Made by a program: the position numbers and the translations under genes
The notes under the pieces: generated by a model
The model's input: only the letters and a program-made list of their open reading frames with translations
Database searches by the model: none
What the model was told of the DNA's origin: nothing
Part shown: positions 1 through 13,209 of the stretch, one piece after another
How positions within the stretch are numbered: the stretch's first letter is position 1
How the letters are laid out: each line of letters starts with the position of its first letter
Source: Armatimonadota bacterium
GTDB lineage: Bacteria > Armatimonadota > Armatimonadia > Armatimonadales > Armatimonadaceae
Reading direction: 5' to 3'
Length of the DNA stretch: 58,057 nucleotides
NCBI GenBank assembly: GCA_043754515.1
Contig: JAYUUO010000030.1
Span: 1-58,057 of the forward strand

Positions 1-1
1 G

Positions 2-3198
<3,197 letters not shown>

Positions 3199-3202
<4 letters not shown>

Positions 3203-3594
3203 GGGCGCGTGACGTTGCCGAGAACCGTCTCATCGTCCGATTTGTACGTCGGGAGTAGCGCGGTGCGGATGCAGTATTCAGCGAAGTTGGTAAATGGCGA
3301 GTGTTGCTACGTCAGTATCGCCTTGCAGGTCGCGGCCCATGTTACCCCGGCGTTGACCACGGCTTACGCTGCGGATCTCGAATCTGTCGTGTAAATTGGG
3401 ATGTTGTTGAGTAGTGCGGGACCGGGAACAAGGTGGGCGACGACGGCTTGGCGGTACTATGTCATGCGCTATATCGCCGGTTCGACGAGAATATTGCGGG
3501 CGGTATGGGCGACAAATGCGGCGATTCCGATACTCGACACGGCGAGGTACGTGGCGCGAAGGCGGCGACTTCCGCGTCGAAGTTCGCAGTGTAA
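3199..3594 (-). pseudogene. Decayed ORF remnant of unknown function
   Basis: One minus frame has host-like GC3 codons (...YRQAVVAHLVPGPALLNNIPIY...NFAEYCIRTALLPTYKSDDETVLGNV) interrupted by in-frame stops at 3469, 3457, 3364 and 3307. Confidence 0.4.
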
Positions 3595-5121
3595 CTAAAC
3601 TCTTTCTTCTGTTAATGCCTTATCGAACCACTTCTTTACCTCTTCTGTACGATCTTCTACATGATTGCCTGGTATAATCGGAACATATGAACCTTGCATG
3701 AAACAATAGTTAGCCTTTGCTCCCGGCATAATAGCCTCTTTCAAGTTCGCCCCCGCAAGAAAACAGAATGAAATATCTAACGCGATGGGTCGTTTCCACC
3801 CCTCACCTAAGTTGAATCGGTCGAACATGTCACGTATCAAAACGCCGTTTTGAACCAACTCGTCTTCAGTCTTGACGTCTGATAATTTTACTCGCTCAAT
3901 CTTGGCTTCTAGATCCAATGGAAAATCCGTCGGCTTTTTCAATGCACGAAGTGCCTCAGCCAACGAGTCACGGGCATCTATCAGTTGCTGTGCCGAAGTA
4001 TCGAGTGACGGCAGAAGCATCGCATCTTCCTTTGATTTCTGGAGAGGGTCAGATTGAGCCTCGCGTATTTGTTCGTGTTTTTGTCTTTGCACCACGAACA
4101 GACTTTCGCGTTCTAATAAGCCACTTTCCCCACTCTGTTCGCCCCATCTGAGTAAATCCTCTAAAACTGACCTTGTAGTGTCGCGCTTCATACAAAAAGG
4201 TGTGACGGAAGTAAGAAAAGTTAGCACTTTGTGTTGTAACGCTCCGCAGTCCTCATCCTGCGAGCCATAACGTTCTTGCTTCTCCTCCCAAGCGCGACGC
4301 TCTTCAATCTCTTGCCAATCCTTGTTTATGACAGTCCATTCCGCGAACGCTTTGACGAAGTTATCTCGTGCCGTGCGGTTGGCGTCGGCGAGGCGTTCGA
4401 TAAGCGCGTGGAGCAGAGGTTGGTCATCGCCGTCCGTGTTGGCGAACGCAATCAGGTTCTTGAATCCTTCCCGAATCGCCTTGCGTATCGCCGGGTTCGG
4501 TTCGAGGTACAGCGCGGTGGCGAGTTGTCCCACGGCGTCAATGAAATATGGGTTGTTCTCTTCGGTGTGCGGATCGCCTTCCTTGACGCCCGGTTTCAAC
4601 GTTTTGCCGAACTGCGCGAGCCGGAGCGCGGCGTTCGCCCGGATAATCGGCTCGGTCGCGGCAAGGCGGTTCTGTATGTCGCCGAACTGGTCTTGCAACT
4701 CTTTGCTTCGGAAGTGTTGCCGTTCTTGCGTCTGCCGCGTTTCGGCAAGGTCGCGGTCTTGGGTAAGACGCCCCTCGGACAATTCGCGCTCATTCGTCAG
4801 CCGGTCGTTGGCGATATTCTCATCAGACACACGCTTACGCTCAGAGGTATTCCGCGCAATCAACGCCGCACCAATCACACCGACCGATGCCAGCACTGTC
4901 CACGGAATGTCTTTCCACCAAACGAATGTGGGAGCAGTATTCGGCGTCGGTGTCGGCGCGGGCGTCGGAAGAATGTTGTTGATGACGATGGGCGCGGGCG
5001 ACTCCGGCGTCGGCGTTGCGGTAGATTTTTGCGCTACGACTGGGGGCGTCACCGACAGCGCAACCAATGCTACGCCCGCCCCGACCAACGCCCGCGTGAA
5101 ATGTCTTCGTGTCTCTATCAT
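3595..5121 (-). CDS. Hypothetical exported/membrane protein with Pro/Thr linker and short C-terminal pentapeptide-like repeat
   Basis: Long ORF. N-terminal RRHF + hydrophobic signal, PTPAPTPTP linker, one TM segment, C-terminal LAGANLKEAIMPGA. Start at 5121 is my estimate (ORF track gives 5181). Confidence 0.7.
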   Translation of the reverse strand: MIETRRHFTRALVGAGVALVALSVTPPVVAQKSTATPTPESPAPIVINNILPTPAPTPTPNTAPTFVWWKDIPWTVLASVGVIGAALIARNTSERKRVSDENIANDRLTNERELSEGRLTQDRDLAETRQTQERQHFRSKELQDQFGDIQNRLAATEPIIRANAALRLAQFGKTLKPGVKEGDPHTEENNPYFIDAVGQLATALYLEPNPAIRKAIREGFKNLIAFANTDGDDQPLLHALIERLADANRTARDNFVKAFAEWTVINKDWQEIEERRAWEEKQERYGSQDEDCGALQHKVLTFLTSVTPFCMKRDTTRSVLEDLLRWGEQSGESGLLERESLFVVQRQKHEQIREAQSDPLQKSKEDAMLLPSLDTSAQQLIDARDSLAEALRALKKPTDFPLDLEAKIERVKLSDVKTEDELVQNGVLIRDMFDRFNLGEGWKRPIALDISFCFLAGANLKEAIMPGAKANYCFMQGSYVPIIPGNHVEDRTEEVKKWFDKALTEERV

Positions 5122-5610
5122 CAAACGACGGTTCGCCACAACGCGGCAAAAAACCTTCCCCGCACCGCAGGTAGCAATCATGCAGTAAAATAACTAACTG
5201 TATTTGCACCGGTCACCTCTGTCCGCGCGAGAGCAAGCAAGATCCATCGCACTTTAAATCGCGCAGAACGTTCAGTACAATAAGAGCGGAGAAGAAAGCC
5301 GTTATGCAGACACTTGATGATGAGCCGCGGGGAAATCGGTAGGGATGTCGCTTTTGAACGGCTCGGAACTGGTTGTGCAGTGCGTCGAGGGCGGGACAGT
5401 TACTGCCAACCCGATCTAAGGTTCGGTGCGGGGAACGTTGCTTCGCCGCGCCAAACTAACCACCGTCAATGTGACCCGCAAGTCAGCGACACTGAGACGC
5501 GGTGACATGTAGGGCGATTTCAGACAAGAACTAGCGAAAGCCTAGCTTGCCGACAAAGAGGTCGCCGTTACGACGGCAAATGGCGGAGACGCACCGTTAT
5601 CGAGTTACGC

Positions 5611-6408
5611 ATGAGCGCGGAGGGTGAAATAGGCAACGAAGAGCGACGGAAATTATTGGAGTTGCTGAACCGAGAACGACAGACGATCCTCTATCCGGGC
5701 GTGACCCGGTTCGTAAAGGGCGGCGTGATCCGCGACGTTTCGGCGGATGGCAAGAGTTGCGAGGTGGTGTACGCTTCCTGCTCGGAGGGCGAAGTGGATC
5801 AGGTGATCGCCCATCAGATTCGGGTCGCCCAGGAGTCGCGGTACGACTTAGAGTGGAAGTTGTACGGCCATGATCGCCCGGAATGTCTGTCGGAGCGGTT
5901 AGTGGCGGCGGGGTTTGAGGCGGGTGACCGGGAAGCGTTCATGGTGTTCCGCGCGGATAGGCAGTCGCTGGACAGATTCGGCATTGGTGACGCTGACGTT
6001 CAGCGCATCACGGACCGGGCCGGGTTAGCGGATTATCAACGGATAACCGAGGAGATTTACGGTAAGGATCGCGCGTCCCGCATCGAGCAGTTCGCTTTGC
6101 TTCTTGAAAATCATCCCGATAGCATGAGCGTCTACGTCGCCTATGTGGACGGCGAACCGGCGGCGTGCGGGCGCGTCTACTTCCACGAGCGTAGCCTTTT
6201 CGCCGGGCTGTATGGGGGAAGCACGCGCGAGCATTTCCGCAAACGTGGCTTGTTCACCGGGCTGGTTGGCGTCCGGATTCGGGAGGCGGTCAGCCGGGGG
6301 GGCGTCAATATCTGCGTGGACGCGCTACCCACCTCGGAGCCGATTTTGAAGAAAATAGGTTTCGAGGAGGTGACGTACACCCAGCCGTTTTGCCTTGACC
6401 CCACCTGA
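5611..6408 (+). CDS. GNAT family N-acetyltransferase
   Basis: C-terminal acetyl-CoA motif GGSTREHFRKRGLF...SEPILKKIGF. Confidence 0.85.
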   Translation: MSAEGEIGNEERRKLLELLNRERQTILYPGVTRFVKGGVIRDVSADGKSCEVVYASCSEGEVDQVIAHQIRVAQESRYDLEWKLYGHDRPECLSERLVAAGFEAGDREAFMVFRADRQSLDRFGIGDADVQRITDRAGLADYQRITEEIYGKDRASRIEQFALLLENHPDSMSVYVAYVDGEPAACGRVYFHERSLFAGLYGGSTREHFRKRGLFTGLVGVRIREAVSRGGVNICVDALPTSEPILKKIGFEEVTYTQPFCLDPT

Positions 6409-6515
6409 CGCCGATTACGATCAATGTTTTTGGAAACCGGATTCGCGTTCCAAAGTTCGGTAATAACGGGAACACGGGCCGAAGCCCGCGCGTAAGTCCG
6501 GGAGGGAGATACCAA

Positions 6516-7250
6516 TTGGATAAGATACTTAGCGGCGTGATTCACTTTCATGAGCAGATGGCATCGGGACTGCGCCCGAGCTTCTACCGGCTTGCGACCG
6601 AGGGCCAGCACCCGCGTGCGCTGTTCATCACCTGCGCCGACTCCCGCGTAAACCCGAACTTGATCACCAGTACCGAGCCGGGCGACCTGTTTATCATCCG
6701 CAACATCGGCAACCTCGTGCCGCCCTACGAGGACGTAAAAAACGGCGGCGACACCTCGGTCGCCGCCGCGATACGCTACACGCTCGATGTTCTCGGCGTC
6801 AAGAATGTTATCCTGTGTGGTCACTCCCAGTGCGGCGCGATGAAGTCGGTGGTTGAGCAACAGCAACTTCCCGAGGATGACCCCCTGCACCGCTGGCTGA
6901 AGTATGCCGACAAGACGCTGGAGTGGGGCGCGGGCGAGGGACCGCTCGAAGAAAACGAGGTGTCGCGCTACGACAGCGTGGCGCGGCGCAACGTGCTCCA
7001 ACAACTCAACAACCTGCGCGGCTATCCCGGTGTCCAGGAGCGGATCGCGGAGGGCGAGCTTCATTTGCATGGCTGGTACCACGTGATAGAAACTGCGGAG
7101 GTACAGGTGTTCCACCCCGGACGCAACCGATTCGTCACTATTGACACGGAAACCGCGAACGAGATCATGTATCTGAGACAGTTGTTCACCGACTCTCCCA
7201 ACATCGGCATGGGCCTCACGGCGGCGCAGGGTGCCCGGCACAACCCATGA
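6516..7250 (+). CDS. Beta-class carbonic anhydrase
   Basis: ITCADSR, PGDLFIIRNIGN, CGHSQCGAM (Cys/His/Cys zinc ligands), LHGWY. TTG start with GGAGGGAG RBS. Confidence 0.95.
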   Translation: MDKILSGVIHFHEQMASGLRPSFYRLATEGQHPRALFITCADSRVNPNLITSTEPGDLFIIRNIGNLVPPYEDVKNGGDTSVAAAIRYTLDVLGVKNVILCGHSQCGAMKSVVEQQQLPEDDPLHRWLKYADKTLEWGAGEGPLEENEVSRYDSVARRNVLQQLNNLRGYPGVQERIAEGELHLHGWYHVIETAEVQVFHPGRNRFVTIDTETANEIMYLRQLFTDSPNIGMGLTAAQGARHNP

Positions 7251-8143
7251 TCGTGGACGGTCATCACAATTGGCAACGGGCTTTGCGGCAGAACACCCCC
7301 ATCCCGGCCTTGATATTCGCGCTGGGTCTCGCGGCGCAGTGGCTTTACACCACCTTTAAGCAACACTGGTCGCTAGAGATGGCACCCTTTACCGTGGTCG
7401 GGGCGGCACTGTCGCTCTACCTCGCCTTCCGCAACAATGCCGTGTACGACCGGTATTGGGAGGGACGTCAACTCTGGGGGCGGCTCGTAAACGCGTCCCG
7501 GACGCTTATCGGTCAAGTGGCGCAGTTCACCGGTGGCGACGCCGCCGATCCGGATCGGAGGGAGTGGAAGCACGACTTCCTTCGCACGCAGATCGGTTTC
7601 GTCCATGCCCTCCGGTGTGAACTGCGCAATCAGGAGCCGTGGAACGACGTTCTTCCGTTCCTGCCGAACGATACCGTGGTCGGTTTGCGACAAGCGGCGA
7701 ACGTGCCGAGCGCGATCCTGACACGTATGCGTGGGCAAGTCGGCGCGGCTTGCTGGATTGACGGGTTCGGTCAGCGGGCGTTCGATGTCACGCTCACCGA
7801 ACTTGCGACAGTACAGGGCGGCTGCGAGCGCATCAAAAACACGCCGCTCCCGCCGGTCTACACGCACCTCGCGCATCGCATGGTGCTAGGCTATTGCGCC
7901 CTCCTGCCCTTCGGGTTGGTACACGAACTCGGGTGGTTTACGCCGTTCGTCGCCCTCGCGGTGTCGTACACGTTTCTAGTGTTGGACAGAATCGGCTTGC
8001 TCCTCGAAGCACCGTTCGGTATGCGGGAGAACGATCTGCCCCTCTCCACCCTGTCGCGCAACATCGAGATCGAACTGCGTCAGGCAATCGGCGACTGTGA
8101 TGTACCTGAGCCGCTCAAGCCCGTGGACGGAATACTGAGTTGA
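7247..8143 (+). CDS. Bacterial bestrophin-family ion channel (YneE-like)
   Basis: LAFRNNAVYDRYWEGRQLWGRLVNASR, GGCERIKNTPLP, LEAPFG..NDLPL. ATGA overlap with the carbonic anhydrase stop. Confidence 0.93.
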   Translation: MIVDGHHNWQRALRQNTPIPALIFALGLAAQWLYTTFKQHWSLEMAPFTVVGAALSLYLAFRNNAVYDRYWEGRQLWGRLVNASRTLIGQVAQFTGGDAADPDRREWKHDFLRTQIGFVHALRCELRNQEPWNDVLPFLPNDTVVGLRQAANVPSAILTRMRGQVGAACWIDGFGQRAFDVTLTELATVQGGCERIKNTPLPPVYTHLAHRMVLGYCALLPFGLVHELGWFTPFVALAVSYTFLVLDRIGLLLEAPFGMRENDLPLSTLSRNIEIELRQAIGDCDVPEPLKPVDGILS

Positions 8144-8178
8144 TCGGTGGCGGACGCTGACTCCTTTAGTCGCTCCGG

Positions 8179-9951
8179 TCAGGCGACGGTGAGCAGAAGC
8201 CGTTCGCGTTCGGCGGGTGACAGATCCCCCACCGTCTTGAACTGCTCCCGGTACAGATCCTGATAGATGCCGGGCCGCTCGACCAGTTCCGCGTGGGTGC
8301 CGAAGTCCGCTATCCGCCCGTCGCTCATCACCAGGATGCGGTCGGCACTCATGATCGTCGAGAGGCGGTGCGCGATCACGAAGTTCGTGCGCCCGCGCAT
8401 CAGGTCGGAGAGCGCGGCTTGCACGTTCGCCTCCGTGTGCGAGTCGAGCGCGGAAGTGGCGTCGTCCAGGATCAGGATGCGCGGGTCGGCGAGCAGGGCG
8501 CGGGCGATGGCCATCCGCTGTTTCTGCCCACCGGACAGTTTGATACCGTCCTCCCCTATCCGGGTGTCGTAGCCGTCCGGGAGCGCGGCGATGAACTCGT
8601 CCATGTCGGCGGCTCGCGCGGCGGCGATCACCTGATCATCGGTGGCGTCCTTTTTGCCGTAGCGGATGTTCTCTTTCAAGGTGACGCTGAACAGGATCGT
8701 CTCCTGCGCGACCATGGCGATGTGCCGTCGCATCGCTTCGAGCCGCACGGAGCGGACGTCGTGCCCGTCTACCAACACTGCGCCGCCCTGCACATCGTAG
8801 AACCGCGCCAGCAGGTTGACCACGGTGGTCTTTCCCGCGCCACTCGGCCCGACGATGGCGATGGTCTCGCCCGGCGACACGTGGAATGAGACGTCGTGCA
8901 AAACCGGCTGATCGCCGTCGTAGCCGAATGTGACGCGGGAAAACTCTACCTCGCCGCGCAACTTCGGCAGGTAGATCGCCTCCGGCTGATCCTGGATTTC
9001 GGGGCGCGTGTCGAGCGTCTCGAACACACGGTCAATCGCCGCGTTCGCCCATTGCAGTTGCACATTGAAATCCACGAGGCGGACCGCCGGGTCGTACAAA
9101 TACGTCAGGTACGAATGGAACGCGAGCAGTTCGCCCGCCGTCAGGTGCCGCCCGACCACGAGCGCACCGCCCCACCAGAGGAGCGCGGCAGTACCGGTCA
9201 TGCGGATGATCTGGGACGTCGTGCCCAGGAACCGGTTGAGTTTCGTCTGCTCCATCGCCAGCTCGAAGTTCGACTTCACCGTTTCCATGAAACTGCCCGT
9301 CTCATAGCCCTCACGGGCGAACGCCTTCACCACGGCGACGGCGTACAGTTTCTCGGTGAGCTGCGAAATCATTCGCTCCCAACGCTCGCGCAGATCCACC
9401 GAGACCACGCGGATCCTGCCGAGGAGGAGTTTGTAGTTCACTACGTAGAGCGGCAACACGCAGAGAGTCAGAAGCGCGAGTCGCCACTCCAAGTAGAACA
9501 GCCAGCCCAGCACGATCAGAATCGTAGCCAGGTCGGTGATCAGAAACACCATTCCCTGAGTTAACGTCTGCTGGATCGCGTCAATATCGCCCGTAAGCCG
9601 CGCCATAATCTTGCCCGGCTGTCGGCCGTCATAATAGGCGAGCGAGAGCCGTTGCAGGTGCCGGTACGACTGGAAGCGCAGGTCGAACACGACGCGCTGG
9701 CCGAGCCACCCGATGATGTACTGAAGGGCGTACGAGACCCCGCCGCGCACGGCGTACAGTGCGAGGATGCCGAAGAAGATGAGGACGAGGAGACGCGTGT
9801 CTTTGTGCGGGATGGCGACGTCAAGCACCTGCTTCTGGAACAGCGGCATCGGGATCGCCGACAGCGTGACCAGAAACATCAGGCCGACCGAGAGCGCGAC
9901 CCGCGCCCGGTAGGGCATTAGATAGCGCAGTAACCGCTTGAAATTATCCAT
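8179..9951 (-). CDS. ABC exporter, fused permease/ATPase (MsbA/ABCB-like)
   Basis: N-terminal TM domain, Walker A GPSGAGKT, signature LSGGQKQR, Walker B ILILDD, IAHRL. Confidence 0.95.
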   Translation of the reverse strand: MDNFKRLLRYLMPYRARVALSVGLMFLVTLSAIPMPLFQKQVLDVAIPHKDTRLLVLIFFGILALYAVRGGVSYALQYIIGWLGQRVVFDLRFQSYRHLQRLSLAYYDGRQPGKIMARLTGDIDAIQQTLTQGMVFLITDLATILIVLGWLFYLEWRLALLTLCVLPLYVVNYKLLLGRIRVVSVDLRERWERMISQLTEKLYAVAVVKAFAREGYETGSFMETVKSNFELAMEQTKLNRFLGTTSQIIRMTGTAALLWWGGALVVGRHLTAGELLAFHSYLTYLYDPAVRLVDFNVQLQWANAAIDRVFETLDTRPEIQDQPEAIYLPKLRGEVEFSRVTFGYDGDQPVLHDVSFHVSPGETIAIVGPSGAGKTTVVNLLARFYDVQGGAVLVDGHDVRSVRLEAMRRHIAMVAQETILFSVTLKENIRYGKKDATDDQVIAAARAADMDEFIAALPDGYDTRIGEDGIKLSGGQKQRMAIARALLADPRILILDDATSALDSHTEANVQAALSDLMRGRTNFVIAHRLSTIMSADRILVMSDGRIADFGTHAELVERPGIYQDLYREQFKTVGDLSPAERERLLLTVA

Positions 9952-10018
9952 AGGCTTCCGCCAGGGCGCGCCGAAGAGCGGGGCGCGGCTACTGAATTAA
10001 ACCACAGACGGCCCAAGA

Positions 10019-10615
10019 TCATGCGTCGTCCATTAGTGATAACTGAACAAGGTTACCAGGATTCCCGACACGACGCTCACGCAGTTGACGTAAATCAATC
10101 ACCGCCCCAAAGCGCAAAAAAGTATCAAAGAACGTCTCATAGCGATTGCCCCAGTAAATCATCGCGCATGACATAGGCGCGCCTTTGCCCTCATCACGAC
10201 CGTTCACCCAGAACTTGAGGCGCGTATCGTAAAGAAAGCAAACGCCTGTAGCTTTAGTCCATACATAGTTTTTCCAGTGCGAAGTATTCGTTGCTACCGG
10301 AATTAGCGCGAGCACCTCGGACTTATGTAGTTGATTTGCTTCGGCGCAACGGTACAACCAGCGTTTGATATTCGTCCCCCGTTCACGATCGGAACCGTAT
10401 GGGGGGTTGACATATATTCGCGCAAAGTCCCAGGACTCAACCAGTCCATCGTGATGAGGCAACCGGTACTCGACCGCCGCACCAACAATAGAATACTCGT
10501 TTGAGCAAGGGTCAAGGTCTATTTCACCGCTAAAAACACACCGCACGGCATCCACATACTTCTTCGGCGTACCCCATTCCAAACTCAAACTGTTGACGGT
10601 TCTGCCTGCGCTCAT
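10019..10615 (-). CDS. DNA N6-adenine methyltransferase (phage Dam-like family)
   Basis: W.TP, IDLDPCS, VNPPY catalytic motif, LIPVATNTSHW. AT-richer than the flanks. Confidence 0.85.
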   Translation of the reverse strand: MSAGRTVNSLSLEWGTPKKYVDAVRCVFSGEIDLDPCSNEYSIVGAAVEYRLPHHDGLVESWDFARIYVNPPYGSDRERGTNIKRWLYRCAEANQLHKSEVLALIPVATNTSHWKNYVWTKATGVCFLYDTRLKFWVNGRDEGKGAPMSCAMIYWGNRYETFFDTFLRFGAVIDLRQLRERRVGNPGNLVQLSLMDDA

Positions 10616-11313
10616 AAGCCGTAAACACCCCCCAATCTTTGTCTTTCAACACATTTAGTTCATCCCGAAGTAGACTCAACGAACGCCCCGATGGAGTAAT
10701 CACATTAAACCAAGAGGCTATTTTCTCTTAGTTGTCGCTGAAATAGGCTCGTGGCACCGCGTCGGCTCCTGCATCCATAGTCACTTTGGTGAAACGCGTA
10801 CCTGTTTTCCACCGGTGTAGGTGGCGAGGAAGGCATTCTTAGCTGCCTTCATCTCAGGCTGTGGGTCGAGAAGAAGTTCATGAATGAAGCTACTTAAGCC
10901 CTCGTCGGTAAGAAACAGAAGCCATATTAAGCACCCTGCTTCGCTTTCTCTATCGTCTGCGGGCCTTTCTTCATCCCCTCCTCGACGCCGACGCGTTTGC
11001 ACTCAAAAACTGCGTATGGCTGTCGGTGTAAGTGATTGACATGCACACAACAGTCCAGGGCATCCAAATCTTCAAGGTGCGCGATGTGAGGGCCTAATTC
11101 ATTGTTGTGAGTGATGTCAGGATTTGCGTATTCCGCGAGTCGTCTTTCGATAGCAATGCTGTCGCGGAAGTCCCATGAGCGGAGCAAGTAAAAAGCGACA
11201 ATCTCTATGAGTCTACCTAACGCTCTACCCGCGGCTTTTTTGCCATCCTTTGCATAGTGGAACACCTCTCGCGTCAATGTATTTTGAAGAGCATCAACAG
11301 ATTCGTAAGACAT
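10612..11313 (-). pseudogene. Fragmented putative restriction endonuclease (PD-(D/E)xK-like)
   Basis: MSYESVD...FECKRVGVEEGMKKGPQTIEKAKQGA*, then fragments in other frames (LFLTDEGLSSFIHELLL; FTKVTMDAGAD..YFSDN*EKIASWFNVI) that run into the methyltransferase start. Confidence 0.65.
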
Positions 11314-11318
11314 CGGTA

Positions 11319-12980
11319 TTATTCGCTCTCCACATCGTAACACGAATAGAAGTACGGCGTGCGGGACTCGAACTCGGCGGCGCAGGTGTCCACGATTTTG
11401 TATGTCGGCACGATCCCGAGCGACTTGCGGCGCGTGCGTATCCCCATCTCCGTTTTGCCCGTCAGGTCGGCGATTGTGCGGTCGGTAAAGCCTAACCCCT
11501 TCGCGTCGCGGAGCAGTTTATTCCCCTCATCGGTCTCAATGATCACCGCGCCCTCGCGCAGGAGCGACTCCATGCGGACGATGTTGCGTATCTTTACCAA
11601 AAACCACGGGTCAATATAGGAGAGTTGGTACACCTCCTCAATCATCAGACCGCGCCGGAACGCCTCCGCAATGGCGAAGAGCCGCTCGTCGGTCGCGACT
11701 GACAATAGCCGCTCGATCTCCATGTCCGACCAGAGCGACGCCTTTTTGTATAGCAGGGACTGCACACCGATTTCGCACGAGCGCACCGCCTTCATGAGCG
11801 CGGACTCGAACGACCGATCCAGTGCCATGACCTCGCCGGTCGCCTTCATCTGCGTCGTGATGCGCCGGTCGGCGGACACGAACTTGTCGAACGGCCAGCG
11901 CGGGATCTTCACGACGCAGTAGTCGAGCGCGGGTTCGAAGCACGCAAGCGTCTTGCCGGTGACCTTGTTCTCTATCTCGTCCAGATGTAAGCCGATGGCG
12001 ATTTTGGCCGCGACGCGGGCTATCGGGTAGCCAGTCGCCTTCGAAGCGAGAGCGGACGAACGAGACACGCGCGGGTTTACTTCAATGATGAAGTACGCGA
12101 ACGAGCACGGGTCGAGTGCCATCTGAACGTTGCAACCGCCCTCAATACCGAGAGAGCGAATGATCTTCAGGCTCGCCGTGCGGAGCATTTGGTACTCTTT
12201 ATCCGACAGCGTCTGCGACGGCGCGACCACCATCGAATCGCCGGTATGTACGCCCATCGGGTCGAGATTTTCCATGTTGCAGATGGTAATGCACGTGTCG
12301 TTCGCGTCGCGCATCACTTCGTACTCGATCTCTTTCCACCCGACAAGGCACCGCTCGATCATCACCTGATGGCGCGGCGACAGGCGCATCCCGCGCATCC
12401 CTATCTCCGTAAGCTCCTCCACGGTGTGCGCGATGCCCCCGCCCGAACCGCCCAGCGTGTAGGCGGGGCGCACAATCAAGGGCCAGGGCAGGCCGCTTTG
12501 TCGGGACAGGTCGCGCAGTTCGCCGTCCGTCTCGATGATCCACGATTCGGGGACCGGCTCCCCTATCTCGCGCATTAGTTTACGGAACCGCTCGCGGTCT
12601 TCGGCGCGGGTGATCGCGGTCAGTGGCGTGCCGAGCAGTTTGACATGGTAATCATCGAGCACGCCCCGCGCCGCGAGTTCGGTGGCGAGGTTGAGTCCCG
12701 TCTGACCTCCGAGGGTCGGCACCAGTCCGTCGGGACGTTCGCGGGCGATGATCTTGGTTAGGAACGCGGGCGTGAGCGGCTCGATATACACGCGATCCGC
12801 CATTTCGACGTCGGTCATGATGGTGGCGGGGTTCGAGTTGACCAGCACGACGGAGATCCCCTCCTCGCGCAGGGCGCGGCAGGCTTGCGCCCCCGCATAG
12901 TCGAACTCGGCCGCCTGGCCGATCACAATGGGGCCGGAGCCGATCACCATTACTTTTTTAATCAGGGGGTTTTTAGGCAT
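11319..12980 (-). CDS. carB: Carbamoyl-phosphate synthase large subunit, N-terminal half only (553 aa)
   Basis: [41 protein letters not shown]. Ends at [27 protein letters not shown]. Confidence 0.93.
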   Translation of the reverse strand: MPKNPLIKKVMVIGSGPIVIGQAAEFDYAGAQACRALREEGISVVLVNSNPATIMTDVEMADRVYIEPLTPAFLTKIIARERPDGLVPTLGGQTGLNLATELAARGVLDDYHVKLLGTPLTAITRAEDRERFRKLMREIGEPVPESWIIETDGELRDLSRQSGLPWPLIVRPAYTLGGSGGGIAHTVEELTEIGMRGMRLSPRHQVMIERCLVGWKEIEYEVMRDANDTCITICNMENLDPMGVHTGDSMVVAPSQTLSDKEYQMLRTASLKIIRSLGIEGGCNVQMALDPCSFAYFIIEVNPRVSRSSALASKATGYPIARVAAKIAIGLHLDEIENKVTGKTLACFEPALDYCVVKIPRWPFDKFVSADRRITTQMKATGEVMALDRSFESALMKAVRSCEIGVQSLLYKKASLWSDMEIERLLSVATDERLFAIAEAFRRGLMIEEVYQLSYIDPWFLVKIRNIVRMESLLREGAVIIETDEGNKLLRDAKGLGFTDRTIADLTGKTEMGIRTRRKSLGIVPTYKIVDTCAAEFESRTPYFYSCYDVESE

Positions 12981-13174
12981 GGGTGGTGTGACGAGTACTA
13001 AAAAGTCGCACGTTCGTTGTACGGCAGTTACGCGGAGTTGGCAACGGTACCGTGCCCGACCGCTGATTGGCGCGTAAGCGAAGAAACATCGAAAGTTTAA
13101 TATTCATTTAACATTTCTATATTTACAGAATTATAGCATATTGGCCATCGGAGCCACATCCGTAATCAAACGCG

Positions 13175-13191
13175 TGCAATTTCCGATTGCA
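13175..13191. promoter_or_regulatory. Palindrome TGCAAT-N5-ATTGCA in the AT-rich divergent promoter region, candidate operator
   Basis: Perfect 6-bp inverted repeat ending 19 nt before the prepilin-domain gene start. Confidence 0.35.
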
Positions 13192-13209
13192 TCCGAAGGA
13201 ATCCCTTGA

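Noticed and set aside
4276..5193. Long plus-strand ORFs here, and similar antisense ORFs over dnaK, ctaB, the ABC exporter and others
   Set aside because: They are shadows of well-supported genes on the opposite strand in GC-rich DNA and carry no motifs.
5520..5590. c-di-GMP-I riboswitch suggested by a GAAA-capped hairpin
   Set aside because: The conserved GGCAAA...GACGCAAA core and P1 pairing are not convincingly present.
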